From: Lama glama
Lineage: Eukaryota
NCBI GenBank assembly: GCA_028534125.1
Contig: CM052816.1
Span: 78,866,001-78,930,000 of the forward strand
Length of the DNA: 64,000 nt
Direction: 5' to 3'
The position numbers and the translations under genes are program-made. Under the pieces are notes generated by a model, which was given only the letters and a program-made list of their open reading frames with translations, had not been told where the DNA came from and ran no database searches. The stretch's first letter is position 1. Each line of letters starts with the position of its first letter. Shown one piece after another: positions 48,517 to 61,712 of this stretch.

Positions 48517-51041
48517 AAGGCACTTCAATTAATACTGAAGAGAATCTAAGACCCAGAGGAATGGAGTGAGAAGCCTTGGTACCACACAGATTATTGGGTG
48601 GGGACAAATATCCAGGTCTCTTGATGCTCAGGCCACTGCTTCAATATTTTTAACTAAACCATTTCACCAACCCTCAAACCAGATTCATTTTATTCTCCGT
48701 CTTCCCTTTATTCACTGAGAGGATAGAAGGGGAGACATAGCACTTAAAGGACTAAGGAAATTCACACCCTTCTTTTACCTTGAGTCCATGATATTTTATC
48801 ACTGAACACTTATCAAACATCTGTTTGGTCTAGATCCTTGGGCTGGATGCCAGGTTTGGATCTAGTTGGAGAATTAAGACAGATGCAAAAAGAGAAGACA
48901 AGCAATGCAATCGAGCACATGGCAGTACCCAGAGAGGGGCCCTCAGTGTGTGGGGGGAAGAGGGGAAGAGAGGAGCAGGAGGTGGGCTCTGAGGGGCGGA
49001 AAGCTGTGCCAGCGCCAGGCCCTTGGCTCCGTGGACCTCCCCCTAGCTGCGGTGGGTTCCAGCATCAGTCCTCATCCAGAGTGTGAGGTGCTCTCTGCAC
49101 AGCCATGGCACAGGCTCTGCCCCTAGGGGTTTGTGATGGACGTTTGCTGTGTTGGACGGCTTACTCCTCTCCTCTCCCTTCTTACGGCAGCGGTAATCTG
49201 ATTTCTCTTTGCCAAGCTGCTCCACCCCCATATCTATAGGATTCTGGCAGGGATGCCAACCCTAGTAGCCCATTGGATACATTCTAGTTGTCCCTCCAGA
49301 TTCCCTGTCCACCCTGCTCTGTGTCTCAGAAACCTAGCTGAAGCTTGTAGCTGAACATAGCTCAGGCAGAGATAATGCTTCTAGTGTCCTGCCCATCCAC
49401 ATCCATCTCAGACACAAGAGCTGATCTGATAATCTCTTTCTCATTGAAGGGATAAGAGAAGATGCTTTGGTGAGCAAAAAACCCAAATCAAACCCCCCAA
49501 AATTGCTAATATCAGTTTGTAAATCCAGATCCAAATCTTGATTCTTTCAGAGTCACTAAACGTCTCTGAGCTACAATTTTTCCCTCTGAAAATTTGAGAT
49601 AAACATAAGCCCAGGAAGTCTAGAGGGGAGAGAGGTCAGGTTCATGCTGCTGGTGGTACACGAATATTTTCTTCCTTTGGTGGTGAGGGGAAAGGCTAAT
49701 AGGCAGGTCCACTGACAACTCCAGACCACAGGCATTTCCCGTCATGTAGCTGGTGAGCCTGACATGACTGCCAGGAAAGCCTGAAAGCTGGTGTTACGGA
49801 GTCTGGAGCGCTTGTCCGGGGCCATTCCCGTGCAGAGACGGCCTGAACCTGTCACACGTCCCTCTCTTGGGGATGGACCCAACTGAATGTGCCTCCAGAG
49901 AGTCCTCCTTGCTGTGCCCCTGCAAAGCTTGGGAAGGCCCCCTCACCCTCCACAGGAAAGCTTCCAGCCTCTCTCCCAAGTACAGAGAACCACGTGACAA
50001 GAGCACTGATGCTTCAGTTCAGCACAGCGTCTGCCTGAAGTCATCACTGTTTGCATTGCTGTAAAAAAACACCAAGTGAAAAGGTCCAGAAGATGTTTCA
50101 TGTGATAATTGCCTAGAGGGAAAAGCAGAAACTCTCTAGGCACATTGAGACTCCCCCAGGGGTCAAAACAGCAGCACCAGTATAGCAAGCAAGGGTCTTC
50201 CTGCCTCTTCCTTTGGTCATGCCTTTCCCCTTCAGCCAAGTTTCTCCATGGTTCTACATCAGATTGGCCCGTGGGTCAGCCCTAGACAGACCAGCCACCT
50301 AGGTCTCAGGACGTGTCATTTCTCCATCCTTGGCCACACCCACACATCTGGGACCTAGCCATCTTCCTCCCCCTGGGTCTGCATTCTCCTAGAAGAAAGG
50401 TAGACAGATGGGGAGGCATGTCAATTCTTTTCATCCACACATCTTGATACTTGAATCCTGCAATGTCTGTTTTAGTGCTGCTGCTTCACGAACAGGATTT
50501 AAATGTGCCATATTGCTATTTCTGTTTCCCAAACATGACCCCCTAAAAGCTCGCATTGCTTGTTAATTTGCAGGTCATGACGATAAAAACCACTCCATTT
50601 CTGCTTTTTATGTGGTTGACCATACATTGTTAGTCTGAAAGCCAGACTTTGCAATTAGCTTTGTGACTTTAGGAACATTGCTTCTTTTCTCTGTGCCTCA
50701 ATTTCATCATGTCAAAGTTTAAAAAGGGGTTGGCTCAAGTATAGTTTTACGTCCCTTTTGGCTCTAAAGGACTGAACTTGTAACATTTTTCATAAACTTT
50801 CAAGTGACCTGCATTTTTATAAATAACCATTCCATTAACAAGTATTACCAGTAATGCCTTTGCAAGGGAACTATTAATAGGTCAGATTGTGTGTAAAACC
50901 ATGTATATAGCAGGGCACTGGTTATACAATAAACAAGCCAGAAGGGGGCCCTCTGGTGACTCCAGAGAAGGCTAGAAAACAAAGAAAGCTGGAGAGAAAC
51001 AGGTCGTGATTTAGCATTGCAAAGGGTTTATGAAGAGGCAA

Positions 51042-51066
51042 CACACACACACACACACACACACAC
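51042..51066. repeat. (CA)n microsatellite
   Basis: Read directly. Confidence 0.9.
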
Positions 51067-51759
51067 GTGGAGACAGCTCTTCTCCATGTATAACCCCTTG
51101 CATAGCCATCAAAACAAGCAATGGAAATTTCCAGCGCACTAATAAACCATTTCCAGTCCTTAACTCTCTGCTTCCTGAATTTTGCAAAGATTCATGGTAT
51201 CTGCAGGCTATCTATCAACTTTAATTCAGAAATTGTAAATTGTCCATGTTCTTTTGTCAGCTGAGTGCTTGTTCTAATTGTTTCATGTTGGAAAACTTCC
51301 TAATATTTAATTTGCTATTGACTTATTTGTTACTGAGACTACAATGAAATAACTGGACAGATCTTAAAAAAATTTTTAAGAACACCTATGGTTATTACCA
51401 AATAACAAATAAAAAATATGCCCCGTGGCTCTCAGTATTGATATCAGTTTGGAAATGAGAATGTTTATTTTTGAACCGATAAACAGACTTGGACAAGACA
51501 TTCACAATTATAGTTATTCAGCCTGCTTTCCCAGTGGGAAATGCAGGCTCACTGAAGTTTCATTAATGTTTTTTTTTTTATTTCCCTCCTTCCAAGCAAA
51601 TGCAGTTTGGAAGTGGAAGTGGTCAGAACCTTGCTTCAAAGAGCTCCTGACTTCAGTTTCTACTGTCAAAGCTTCCTGACCAGAAACAGATGATGGTGAC
51701 AGCCACCGCAATAAAAGCTATTAAAAATGGTAATGATTGAATGTTCCCTGTTTGCTTTG

Positions 51760-52225
51760 TAAGGTAGGTGCTAGTATTCCCATCCTTGTTTTACATTTGG
51801 GAAATGATTTTAAAGAGGTCAAGTAGCTTGCCTGAGGTCATGTAGCTAATAAGTGCAGAATCTGGATTGAATTCAGGTCATGCTAAAGCCAGAGACTGAA
51901 TTCTCTCTTTTTTTTTTTAATTAAAATATAGTTGATTTACAGTGTTTCAGGTATACACCAAAGTGATTCAGTTACATACACACACATACACACACATACA
52001 CACGCACGCACATGTATCTATTCTTTCTCAGACTCTTTTCCATTATAGGTCATTACAAGATATTGAATATAGTTCCCTGTGCTGTACTGTAAATCCTTGT
52101 TTATTTTATATACAGTAGTGTGTAGGTGTTAATCTCAAATTCCTAATTTATCCCTCCTCCTTTCCCCTTTGGTAACCGCAAGTTTGTTTTTAATGCACAG
52201 ACTGAATTCTTAACCATCCTGCTTC
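51760..52225 (-). mobile_element. MIR split by a young L1
   Basis: 'gaggtcaagtagcttgcctgaggtca..tagctaataagt' resumes as 'cttaacca' after the L1. Confidence 0.7.
51905..52198 (-). mobile_element. ~290-nt 5'-truncated young L1 with perfect 12-bp TSD
   Basis: TSD AGACTGAATTCT at 51893-51904 and 52199-52210. Same 3' UTR type as 30562-30995. Confidence 0.9.
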
Positions 52226-52344
52226 ATTGTCAACCTGGAAAGCCTTTTCTCTTTGAACCCATCAAGTAAGAGGTTTTCGGTGCTACTCCTCTTCCCCGAC
52301 ACCCTCTACCACCAATTGGGTTAAGGGTGAGGATTAAACCAAAC

Positions 52345-52740
52345 AATTCAATTTTGTTTAATAAATATTTATTGAGATCCTACTATTTTTAGGTACCATG
52401 CTAAGCTATGCCATGGGGATTACAGAGACAGTAATGGCTAGGTCACAAAATTTAGAGTCCTATGGTGGGGAAAGCATATCTATAATTATAGATGGAATTA
52501 CAGCTATAAGCAGAGTGTGGTTGTATGATAGAAACAGCAAGAAGGGTTCGAGGAAAAACATTTAAATGGGAGACCTGGGTTGTTTGCAGGGGATAGCTGA
52601 ACTGGATTTTAAAGGATGGGTGGGACTTTATTAGGGTTGCATGGAGAAGGTATTGCAAGGAGAAGAAACAGCAGGAGCACGTGCAGCCAGGACACAGCTG
52701 GGTTCTGGAGCCTACAGTGGGGACATCCTTCTTTGTATCG
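52345..52740 (-). mobile_element. L2 3' fragment
   Basis: 'tttaataaatatttattgagatcctact...' and 'tgaactggattttaaaggatgg'. Confidence 0.7.
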
Positions 52741-53399
52741 GCCTCCCAAGTAGGTAAATGAGGCAATAACCTACACAGATGTTATGGGGGCTGGGATCGC
52801 CCAACCGTGAGAGAAAACGCAATTAATTACACAGTAAAATTCCAGGCTGCTGGGAAGGACCCATGAACCTCTCAAATAAAAATGACCTTAGAATGGCGGG
52901 GCTCAGAGCAGATGTTTCTTCCTCCCATCAAGAGCCACAGCGATCCCTGAACACCATCCCTGTGTGTGATGGGCAAAACCGCAGGGCCAACCTAGGTGGT
53001 AGGTCACGTTGGCCCCCAGCATTGCACAGACTGACCCAGGGGCAAACAGGCTGAGTTATCAGGACACCCCTGTATAGTATACTGGAACACCTGGTATGGT
53101 GTACTGCTGGCAGCGATTCTGATTGGTCCAGCCCAGGACATAGTGATTATTAAGTACTTTTGAAAAGGGGAGTCCCTTTTAAGGGGATCACAATATCCTC
53201 AAGCAAGGAAACCCCATGCAGTTAAGTTTGTTTATTATTTATAGTTTATTGTATATATATTTACAATCAAGTTGACTGCTTCATCAACTGCATATAGTTA
53301 ATTCCATTAATGTATATTTTGCTTTTTCAAATAATCTTTTTTTTGTCTTTATATAGGCTCTTGCAGGGAAGAATAAGAATTATATTTGATTGTGTGTTC

Positions 53400-53822
53400 C
53401 TTTAAGAAGACTGAAATAATTCACAGGAACATAAAAACTCGATGGTGCAGGGTGTAGGGAAGGGGTGGTGTAGAGAGCAGAAACCACGGAGATGGCAGAG
53501 AACAGGGTTGTGTGTGTGTGACTTTTCACTGATCACTTTTTATATTTGTTATTTTTTGACCCATGTGAATGACCCATAGCTTTGAAAAAATAAGCAAATA
53601 AACCAATAAAAGAGCTTCAAATAACTCCATATTTTTGAAAATGCATAGATGAGCTCTGGAAAGAGGACACAGAAGACACTGAACCCCCAGATCACCCCCA
53701 GGGAGGACAGAGTGGCCAGGGCAGGAGAAGGATGGAGGCTAACTTTTCACTCAATCACTGGTTGAATACTTTTAATTCTGTGTTATGTACATGGATTATC
53801 TGTTCATGAATAAATAAATGGA
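53400..53822 (+). mobile_element. Degenerate L1ME 3' UTR fragments
   Basis: 'ctggaaagaggacacagaa.acactgaac', 'acttttcact' and 'accatgtgaatg'. Confidence 0.5.
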
Positions 53823-55860
53823 AAAGTAGTGTAATCCTAAACTAGAATGACCCTTCTGACAACTCAAGCGAAGGGTTTGGAGCAGAAGGACCAAGCAAGG
53901 AGCCACCTGGGCCTTCACAAAGCGTGTTCCTCATCTTGGAAAGGCCTCCCTGGCCTGCAGGAGTGCTGCCTCCTCGGAAGGCTGACGCTGATTTGGGCTT
54001 CACTTATTTTAGAAATAGTTTCCTTCCTTTTTCCCTAGGAAGGATTGCATATTAAGCTTTGGTGACCATTTCTACCATAGCAAACACGGAAATATCACAG
54101 TGGGAAAATTCCAAAGAAAACAGGAGTAATAGCAAAGACACTCTCCATCTCCAAACCAGGCTTTTTGTTTGTTTGTTTGTTTGTTTTAAGAAGATAAAGA
54201 AAAGAAGATGTTTTAGAAAAGGACTGCATTATATTCTTTTGCCTTTCAACTTTCCAGATTTCCTTCCACCCCCACACGAACATCTCCAAGCATCATGTGA
54301 AATAGTTTTCCAGATCCTTTTTGGATAGGGTTTAAAGCAGGATGGAAGGAACAGAGGCCCCCAGATCCCTGGGTGAACAAGGGGTCATCCAGAGAGACAA
54401 AGTACAAAAGGGGGAGGGATTTACCTTGGGCCAGATCAATTGTACTGTTCTGAGAACAGGGTAACTAGATAACAGGGCATACCTAATTCTTTTGGCAAGA
54501 ACGCAGGAAAAGCCTGTGTGCGTGGTGGGTAGGCAGGTAGCTGAGTGAAACAGGACTGTTTTATTGGCAGGTGGCATGCAGGGTGGAAGAAAAGTATGCA
54601 AACCCAGAACGTCTCCTGTAAACAAGCCCTTGGACAGGAGGAAGGAAGTGGTTGTCAGAGAGTTAGTGATGATCAAAGCTGCCCTGGGGCATCCTTATGC
54701 CCAAGATGAACTTGATATAAACTTGATTATCTAATAATATATGTTTTTCTCAAATATTAGATGGTCTTATTCTTAAGTCCAGGAGCTAAAGAATTTAACC
54801 AGAATAAGTAAAAATTCCTCTAAAGGTTCAGAGTTCCTAACTGGCAGAGGAGTGCATACCTCCAACAAAATGTGCTGGGTTTCTCTTTAAGTGACTCAAT
54901 TTTACACTGGGGAATGATGAGGGGAAATGTGAAAACAAGCCTAGGTTGTGGGATCTGAAATATTTCTTTTGGATTGCAAAGTCTTATTGCTCTAACAGTT
55001 TCTAACTTCAGTTTTGTGCAAGTCTTCTTTGTGCATGGGATTTCTCTTTGTATGGCTGAATCAATCAGCAAATATCACAGTGCAGCTCTCACCCGGTCAC
55101 TCATTCTGATCCAGAAGCTCTGAAGGTTCTCGATTTCCTACTAAATTCAGTAGTGCTGTCCTTCCTTGTTTCCAATGTCTTCTATAATGTGGTCCTGAAT
55201 TTACTCAACCTCCTCTCCATGATGCCATAGCAGGCAATCCCTGCTTTAGTCTTGGGCTCCCTACAGTCTCTTGAAAACACACTTTCTTCCACCTTCCACC
55301 CCCATCCCCTTCTTGCCTTCTGAGCTGTTCAGTTCCTTCCTTCAAGAGCCAAGCCAAATCCTGATTTCCATGAAGACTGCCTTAAGCAGTGAAGCCTTTG
55401 CTGGTTTCTCCTCTGAATAGCACATATGAGACTAAGTCTATAGCACTTATGTGACTGGGCTGTGTCTACTAGGATTCTGAAATGTTGGTGGAGACAGGTG
55501 GGTAGGTATATTTGCATGAACTGAAAAGATGTTGCCCAAAATAACAGGTCTGGAGCCCCTGGCTCTAACGGCCCAGTTAGATTCGAGGAGGGCAGATAAG
55601 CTTGGCCCAAACTTTGGCTTCAGATGGAAGGAGCAGTGCTGGGTACATCAGTGTCTGCCATTCACATTTGTCTTCCGCCCCTGCTCCACCTCCAGAACTC
55701 TTAGGCAGGAGGGGCTATATGTATAGAGATGTTTTGTTGAAAATGTATTAGGACATTGGGGAACAAGTGACTTTTCTTTGGGATTCCATTAATAAAGTGT
55801 AAAACAAAAGGCACAGAGAGGCATTTGGGCCACGTTTCTCATTTAACATCCCAGTGCTAT

Positions 55861-55900
55861 GGCATTTTGAGGACTCAAGGCATTTTGAGGACTCAAGGCA
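55861..55900. repeat. 18-bp perfect tandem duplication
   Basis: (GGCATTTTGAGGACTCAA)x2 followed by GGCA. Confidence 0.95.
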
Positions 55901-55961
55901 TACTATCAGTTCCTTAGGGAGACAGTGGGACCTGGTGGGAATTGTGACAGTGCCAGTGAGG

Positions 55962-56133
55962 AAGGGTTGCCAGAGAAAATATAGGGTGCCCAGTTGAATG
56001 TGAACTTCAGACAAACAACAGATAACTTTCTATGCAACATTTGGGGCATAATTATACTAGAAATTATTCATTGTTTACCAAATTCAGTTTTAACTGGGTG
56101 TCATATTTCTATTTAGCAAATATAGCAACCATA
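55962..56133. mobile_element. MER53 palindromic hAT MITE
   Basis: Termini 'agggttgccaga.aaaata' / 'tatagcaaccata' and internal inverted 'cccagtt..aactggg'. The 8-bp TSD CAGTGAGG (55954-55961) / CTGTAAGG (56134-56141) matches at 6/8. Confidence 0.85.
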
Positions 56134-56284
56134 CTGTAAGGGACAATGGTGTCTAGAAAAGGGTAAAATGTTCAATGGGGTTCAATAGTGCCCACAGGAG
56201 GGGTCCAGACATGATAATTAGGGAGTTGGCAGGCTTCCCTTTCTGAATAAAAAGACAAAGCACTGAGAATAGAAAACCTTTGAC

Positions 56285-56455
56285 ACTCCCACTTGCTTCC
56301 TGTCTTTGAATCACTCATGATGCTGGAGAGACGGCAGCCATCTAGAGGTCATGGGCTATGAGCGGGAGGATGAAAAGCCAAGGTAATAAGGATAGTGAAG
56401 CAAAAGTTTGGAAAGAGCCTGGGCCCTTTAGGATATCACTGAGTTCCATCCAGGG
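56285..56455 (+). mobile_element. MLT1 (K/L-like) fragment
   Basis: 'gatgctggag..cggcagccatct...ggatgaaaagcca...ggaaagagcctggg.cctt'. Confidence 0.65.
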
Positions 56456-58039
56456 AGGTTCAACCTCCCCTGAAACACCTCCACACATGGTTGGCTCAAA
56501 ACCTGAATAACATTCATGTTCTATTAAGAAAGAGTTTCATGATTGGGAAGAACAAATGGTACTGCTGGATATATTGCTAGGTGTTTGTTGGGACTGGTGC
56601 AGTAGACTCCTAAGAACCACTGCCGTCCTGAACGTGGAAGAACACAAGGATGGAGACATCTTAGGGAAATTCTTTAGTCAGCAGCTTGTAGGGTATATTA
56701 AAAGAAAGACCCTGGAGGCACTGAGTGCAGTTAGGAAGCTTTTAAAGTGACAGAGGAATGGATTATGGTGGTGGTAATGAAGCAGGAGAGAAAGAAATGA
56801 ATTCTGGAAATAGTTCAGTTGAAGAATTGACAGAAAAAAGAGAGAGAAATGCTAACTTTTGCTTGGTGCCCACCCTACCCCAAACACATCACAGTCACTG
56901 CCCCATTTAGTCTTTTGTGAATTATATTATTATACTCACCATCTATTGGGGAAGATCAACTTGCAAGCATGTAATGATACTATAGAGTGACCATAGTTCT
57001 AATAGCTGTGTACATAAGAAACCTATCGGGGTACCCAGGGAAGAGGCACAGGTCCAAGGAATAGCTTGAAAGATGAGAGAAAATTTAACAGACAGGAAGG
57101 TGAGGAGAGAACATTCCAGACAGATGGATGGCATGTGCTTAGGCACTTCTTTGGCAGAATCTTTGCACACAGTGTCTTCTGGAGAATTCATCAGGACAAA
57201 GGACTTTCTCTAATGGTGAAATATTTGCAGATCATGCCGTTAATAGCCAATTGGTAATTTAAGAAAAATTACAGCTGTGTCCCGAAGTGGAACCTTCTCC
57301 AGAGATTCCTGCTGGAGGTAGTGCTCTGTGATGTGGTGGCATGAGACGGTGGAGGAGTCTTTCCGTATCCCTCATCTCTCCATCCTTCCCAGGATCCTCC
57401 AGGGCCGCTGCCTCTCCTTCTGCCCCAACCCTGCCTGCTCTCCAGCCCATGATAGGGGCTACAAATATTCTGAGCACAAGAGCTGGGCAGCACCCTCTCC
57501 GTCCCTCATCTACCTGCTCTAGAGGCTGACTTTGCAGCCGCCCCCTCTGCCCCGCTCCTGACTATCACAGACCGCACATCTCATGACTCCCTGTGGCTGT
57601 GGGTTTCTGATATTTGGTCTGGAGCCCTTACGACACAAAAGCAGAAACCTCCTGCCCAAATCTCCCCATGTTCAGGATACTGTTTGCTTGCTTGTTTGTT
57701 TTCTTCACTGCCCTTGGAGATGAACAGGGGACCTCAGATAACCCTAATGTCAGGAGGGATCATCTCAGTTCAGAGAACAAATCTATCTCCAGCTGCAGGA
57801 CGGGTGCGCTGTCCTTGTCACGTCCCCTTCCTCAGCGGGTCAGGACCTTGCTCTGTGGTATCTGGGAGAGATAAGGAGGCTATTACACCCTCCTCTTTGA
57901 CTATCTGTTCAAAGAGTTAGCAAATGTTTTCATGTTTCTACTCTGATTCTGCTCCCACTTCAAACCATCACAAATAATACCATTCTCTTCCTATTACTCT
58001 TCCTTCAAATAATTCATAAGAAATGTGCTTACAGTGCAC

Positions 58040-58275
58040 AGGAGTGGAGTCAGGAGAGTCAAGAGTCTGCGGATTTGACTTTTGGTTTAGATTCTGCCTC
58101 TATCCATCCAGGCTGTGCCTTCGAACAAGACACCCCTTTTCTGAACCTGCTTCCCCATTTGTTAAAGAGATGCAGCTCAGTTTGTTCCCTCTTCCTTAAC
58201 ATTCTTAGAAGGACTGGGTGAGGTTACATCCATCACAGTGTTATTGGAAGTATAAAATATGAGAGATGTGCATTA
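58040..58275 (+). mobile_element. MIR (degenerate)
   Basis: 'ggagtcaggaga...ttctgcctct..gctgtgccttcg.acaag..ctgaacct'. Confidence 0.55.
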
Positions 58276-58361
58276 TTACCAGGCAGCAGGACAAAATAGC
58301 TATTGGCACAAGCTCTGGAGCCAGGTTGCCAGTTCTTTCCTCTGGAAACTGATGATAATGA

Positions 58362-58792
58362 TGCAGTTTTAAAGCTCTGAAATCACCAAAGCTCAAAAAT
58401 CCTAAAGTTTAAAAACTTTTTTTAAATTTCATTTTTATTTCACTTATTTATTTTTTGGTGGAGGTACTGGGGATTGAACCCAGGATCTGCTGCATGCTGA
58501 GCATGCACTCTACCACTGAGCTCTACCCTCCCCCTAGAAACTTGAAGCTTTTTTGTGACTGGGGCATCCACAAGAACCTGGTGGCAAGACTGACATGAGG
58601 GTTTTAGGGTCTTTGTCTAGCCCACTTGGTGCAGAAATGTCAATGTGCTTGTTTATTGGGTGCTACCCCAAATCCCATAACCTTACATAACACTGCAGCA
58701 TACACACCACAACATTTTTTCTAAAATATGAAAAATTCTAAAGTGGAAACACATTTGGCCTCAAGAAATCTGGATACGAAATTGTGGGCCAT
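58362..58792. mobile_element. Ancient Tigger-type (TcMar) element inside a MIR, interrupted by a SINE
   Basis: The terminus 'ctaaaat..gaaaaattct...gaaacacatttggcctcaag...ggata.g..attgtgg.cc' resembles old Tigger TIR regions. MIR text lies on both sides (about 58290-58360 and 58795-58880). Confidence 0.55.
58417..58534 (-). mobile_element. tRNA-derived camelid-type SINE (shorter variant)
   Basis: The minus strand reads GGGGGAGGGTAGAGCTCAGTGGTAGAGTGCATGCTCAGCATGCA...GGGTTCAATCCCCAGTACCTCC plus an A-rich tail. It lacks the CCTAATT..CCCC tail module seen in the other two copies. Confidence 0.9.
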
Positions 58793-60864
58793 TGGTAGCA
58801 AATTCGCAGGGCTGCTGCAACGATGAAGTCAGTTGATTCAGATAACACTCTAAGCAGAATGCCTGGCCCACAGGAGGGCAATGAACCTTAGCTGCCATCA
58901 CTATTGTCTGTTACTGCGGCCCTAAGCATCCTTGAACAATGTCCTTGAACATCATTGCTCCAGACCCATTTCCCTATTTGTGCCTGGAACTATTAATGTG
59001 TGAAATTCTTTCTATTCAACCACTCAGCATTTGACTTTCCTGAAGTATCTGCCTTCCCAGTTCTCTGCCAAAATGTTCTTCTGGTTTAGAACAGAGACCC
59101 TCCCTGTAGCTACCCACTGTCTCCTCTCTCTGCCTTCTCTGTAGTTAGTTGGATGCTTTGTGAATAGGAGGCTGGGAGAGCGTTCTGGGAAGTACCCCAC
59201 CAGCTGGCCCCAGACTCCTAGCTCACCCTGACACACTTACCATGGGCTGTGTGGCTGAGATCCAATATGTGTGGGTGCAGCTTTGCCCTCTTTAGAAAAG
59301 TCACTTCCACCCTTCCAGACCTCCATTTCTCTTCAAAAAAGCACAGCCATGAGCCTAGATGATGGCTACGTGCCCTCCAGCGCCCTTAAATCCTACCTCC
59401 TGTAACAGCCCTGCAGCTGTTTTCTTTTTATGCTGGGAAACACGTCCTCAGTGTCCTTTCAGTGGTCAGACGATGTGAAAGGGAGGTGAAGGCTGCTTCC
59501 CTTCAGCTCTGAGTATGGTACCTCTAGCCGCAAGAGGGACCGAGTGCAAGGCTTGGGGACCTTGTTACCACAGGAGCCTAGCTCCTTTTTCTCTCGACTG
59601 TCTGGGCACTGAAACTAACCTGATGATAGGAACAGGCTCTGGGTCATCCCCTGGACAAGTGCAGAAATAAATTGGACAGACTCAAGTTTACGGAGGTCCA
59701 TCCTGGTACCAAGGGGCTGTAGGCAAGGATGCTGTCCATTGCGCTAGAAATCTGATTGGTAGACAGAAGGACTCTGCTAGTGGTGAGAGGGACTCACGGA
59801 GAAGCAAGAAAGGGGCTCTGGGACATGGCTGGGATTCAGGGCAGGGCTCTAGTTCTGGAGAAGGATGAGGTGTGTGGGAAGGTGTGAGGAGAGAGGAAGC
59901 AAGACGGAAGCCCGGTGCTATGGACTGGGTGAGGAGGAAGCACCGTACCCACATCCACGGGCCCCCAGGGCTCTTCCCTGTAGCACCAAATTCTGCCATG
60001 TGGTAGCAAGACACTACTAAACGCCAGTCTTGCCTCCCCTTCACCATTATAAAAAAGACCCCAATATCATTTCAGAAATAGTGTGATCAATTAAAACCAC
60101 TAATATCCCCAAAGTCCCCGGTGTGTTTGGTAACTTGTCAGCAGAAACCCCTGGGAGGGGCTGAGGGCAAAACATGTGAAAGGGGTCGATTTTCTATGGG
60201 CATACACTTTGTCCTTCATCCTTTCCCGTTTTTTTAATGCCTGAAACTCAGACAGGATGCTGAAAGAGAAAGAGCCATCAAGTGAGCATGAAGCATGAAG
60301 CCACATGCTAAGCCTTGCGGAGCTGAAAGCCAAGTGAAGCCTAAGACCCTACTGGCACCAGGAGCCCCAGGACCAGCCCTGAATGGTCCTGCAGCTTCCT
60401 GTCAGGCGAGGAAAAGAAGGTCTTGTGTGGATGAGCCGGTTTTATGCAGACAAGCCCAGTCCTAACAGGTGCACATGTCTCCCTCACTGGATTGCTGGGA
60501 AGATTAGGTGAGATGCCTTAGCAGACTCCGAGGGTTTAGGTGAACCGGCAGATAAAGCAGAGAACCCAGCATTCTGCTCTTGGACCTTGTCCTAACCTTA
60601 CACCCCGGTAGGTGGTGGAGCCTTAAGCCTTAGATACATTTCCTGTCCCCAACTTGATGAACTTTAGACTTTGTGGGGTGGGGAACACAAGGGAGATGTG
60701 TCAGTAAATTCAGCTGCAGGGAGGCAGCTTAGAAAAAGCAGGGGAAGCAGGGCAGAGGATGACTTACATGGTGGCTTACTGAAAACCCATCTGCACTTCT
60801 AGAAAAAAATGTCTCTGCCTATGTCCTGTCAATGGTGGTTCAGCAGCCCCTTCTCCACAGTCAG

Positions 60865-60975
60865 AACACACCATTCACTTGTGCACCAAATACTTCTTGG
60901 GGCCCACATTACGTCAGGCACTGTATTATGTGCTGGTGATACAAAGGTGGATAAAACACAGTCTTTAGCCTCAAA
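60865..60975 (-). mobile_element. L2 3' terminus
   Basis: 'cattcact...gtcaggcactgtattatgtgctggtgatacaaaggtg'. Confidence 0.7.
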
Positions 60976-61489
60976 CATCTCCTCTGGGTACCATTTTTTT
61001 TTTAATGAAATGGGGCTAAAAGGTGAATGGTATATTTGGGTTAAATATGAGAGAAGAAAAAGCTCTGAATACTGACATGGCTGTCATTTTGCATCCTCTG
61101 ACTGATGCTGCAAGAATAATACACCCAGGTTTTGGGAGGTGGGGGATATTTCCAGTCTGGACTGAAGTGGAAAGTTACTAGTTTGCTCAGAAGTAAGCTT
61201 ACATAATTCTGGGCTGAGGTCAGGTAAACTATAGAGAGTTCCTAATTTCTAGCATTTCCTTGAGCTGTGAGTAAACCACCACTTGACTCAGGTAAAATAT
61301 GCTGCCTCCTTAAATGGAAAATACCCAGATGGTGGAAATTTTATGTTATTTACCAGTGGGAAACTGTTGGATCTTCAGTGACACCCACTGCACCATACTC
61401 TGGACAGCTGACTAAGAAGGCGCTAGCCCACCATTTCTCAAATAGTTGTTCATAACTGGAAAGGTACCAGGGTCTGCAGTACAAGCCAT

Positions 61490-61712
61490 GCTTCACAGTG
61501 CAGGCTCTGGCCTAAGGACACTTGATTTCCAATCCTAACTCTGCTACTCAGTGCTTGCCAAGAAGCCTGGTAATTGCTTGACATCACTCAGTCTCAGATC
61601 CTTCATCAATAAAGAGGATCTCATAATTCCTACCACATAGTGTTGTTCTGAAGACTGAAAATAATGTTATACAAAGGATGGACAGTGCTTGGCACAGAGT
61701 TAGAGCTCAAAA
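61490..61712 (+). mobile_element. MIR SINE
   Basis: 'caggctctgg...aatcctaactctgctact...agtctcag...ataattcctacc.catag..ttgtt...cagtgcttggcacagag'. Confidence 0.75.

Noticed and set aside
55962..56133. Long fold-back resembling a pre-miRNA
   Set aside because: It is explained by the palindromic MER53 MITE, and the arms are diverged. No expression evidence is available.
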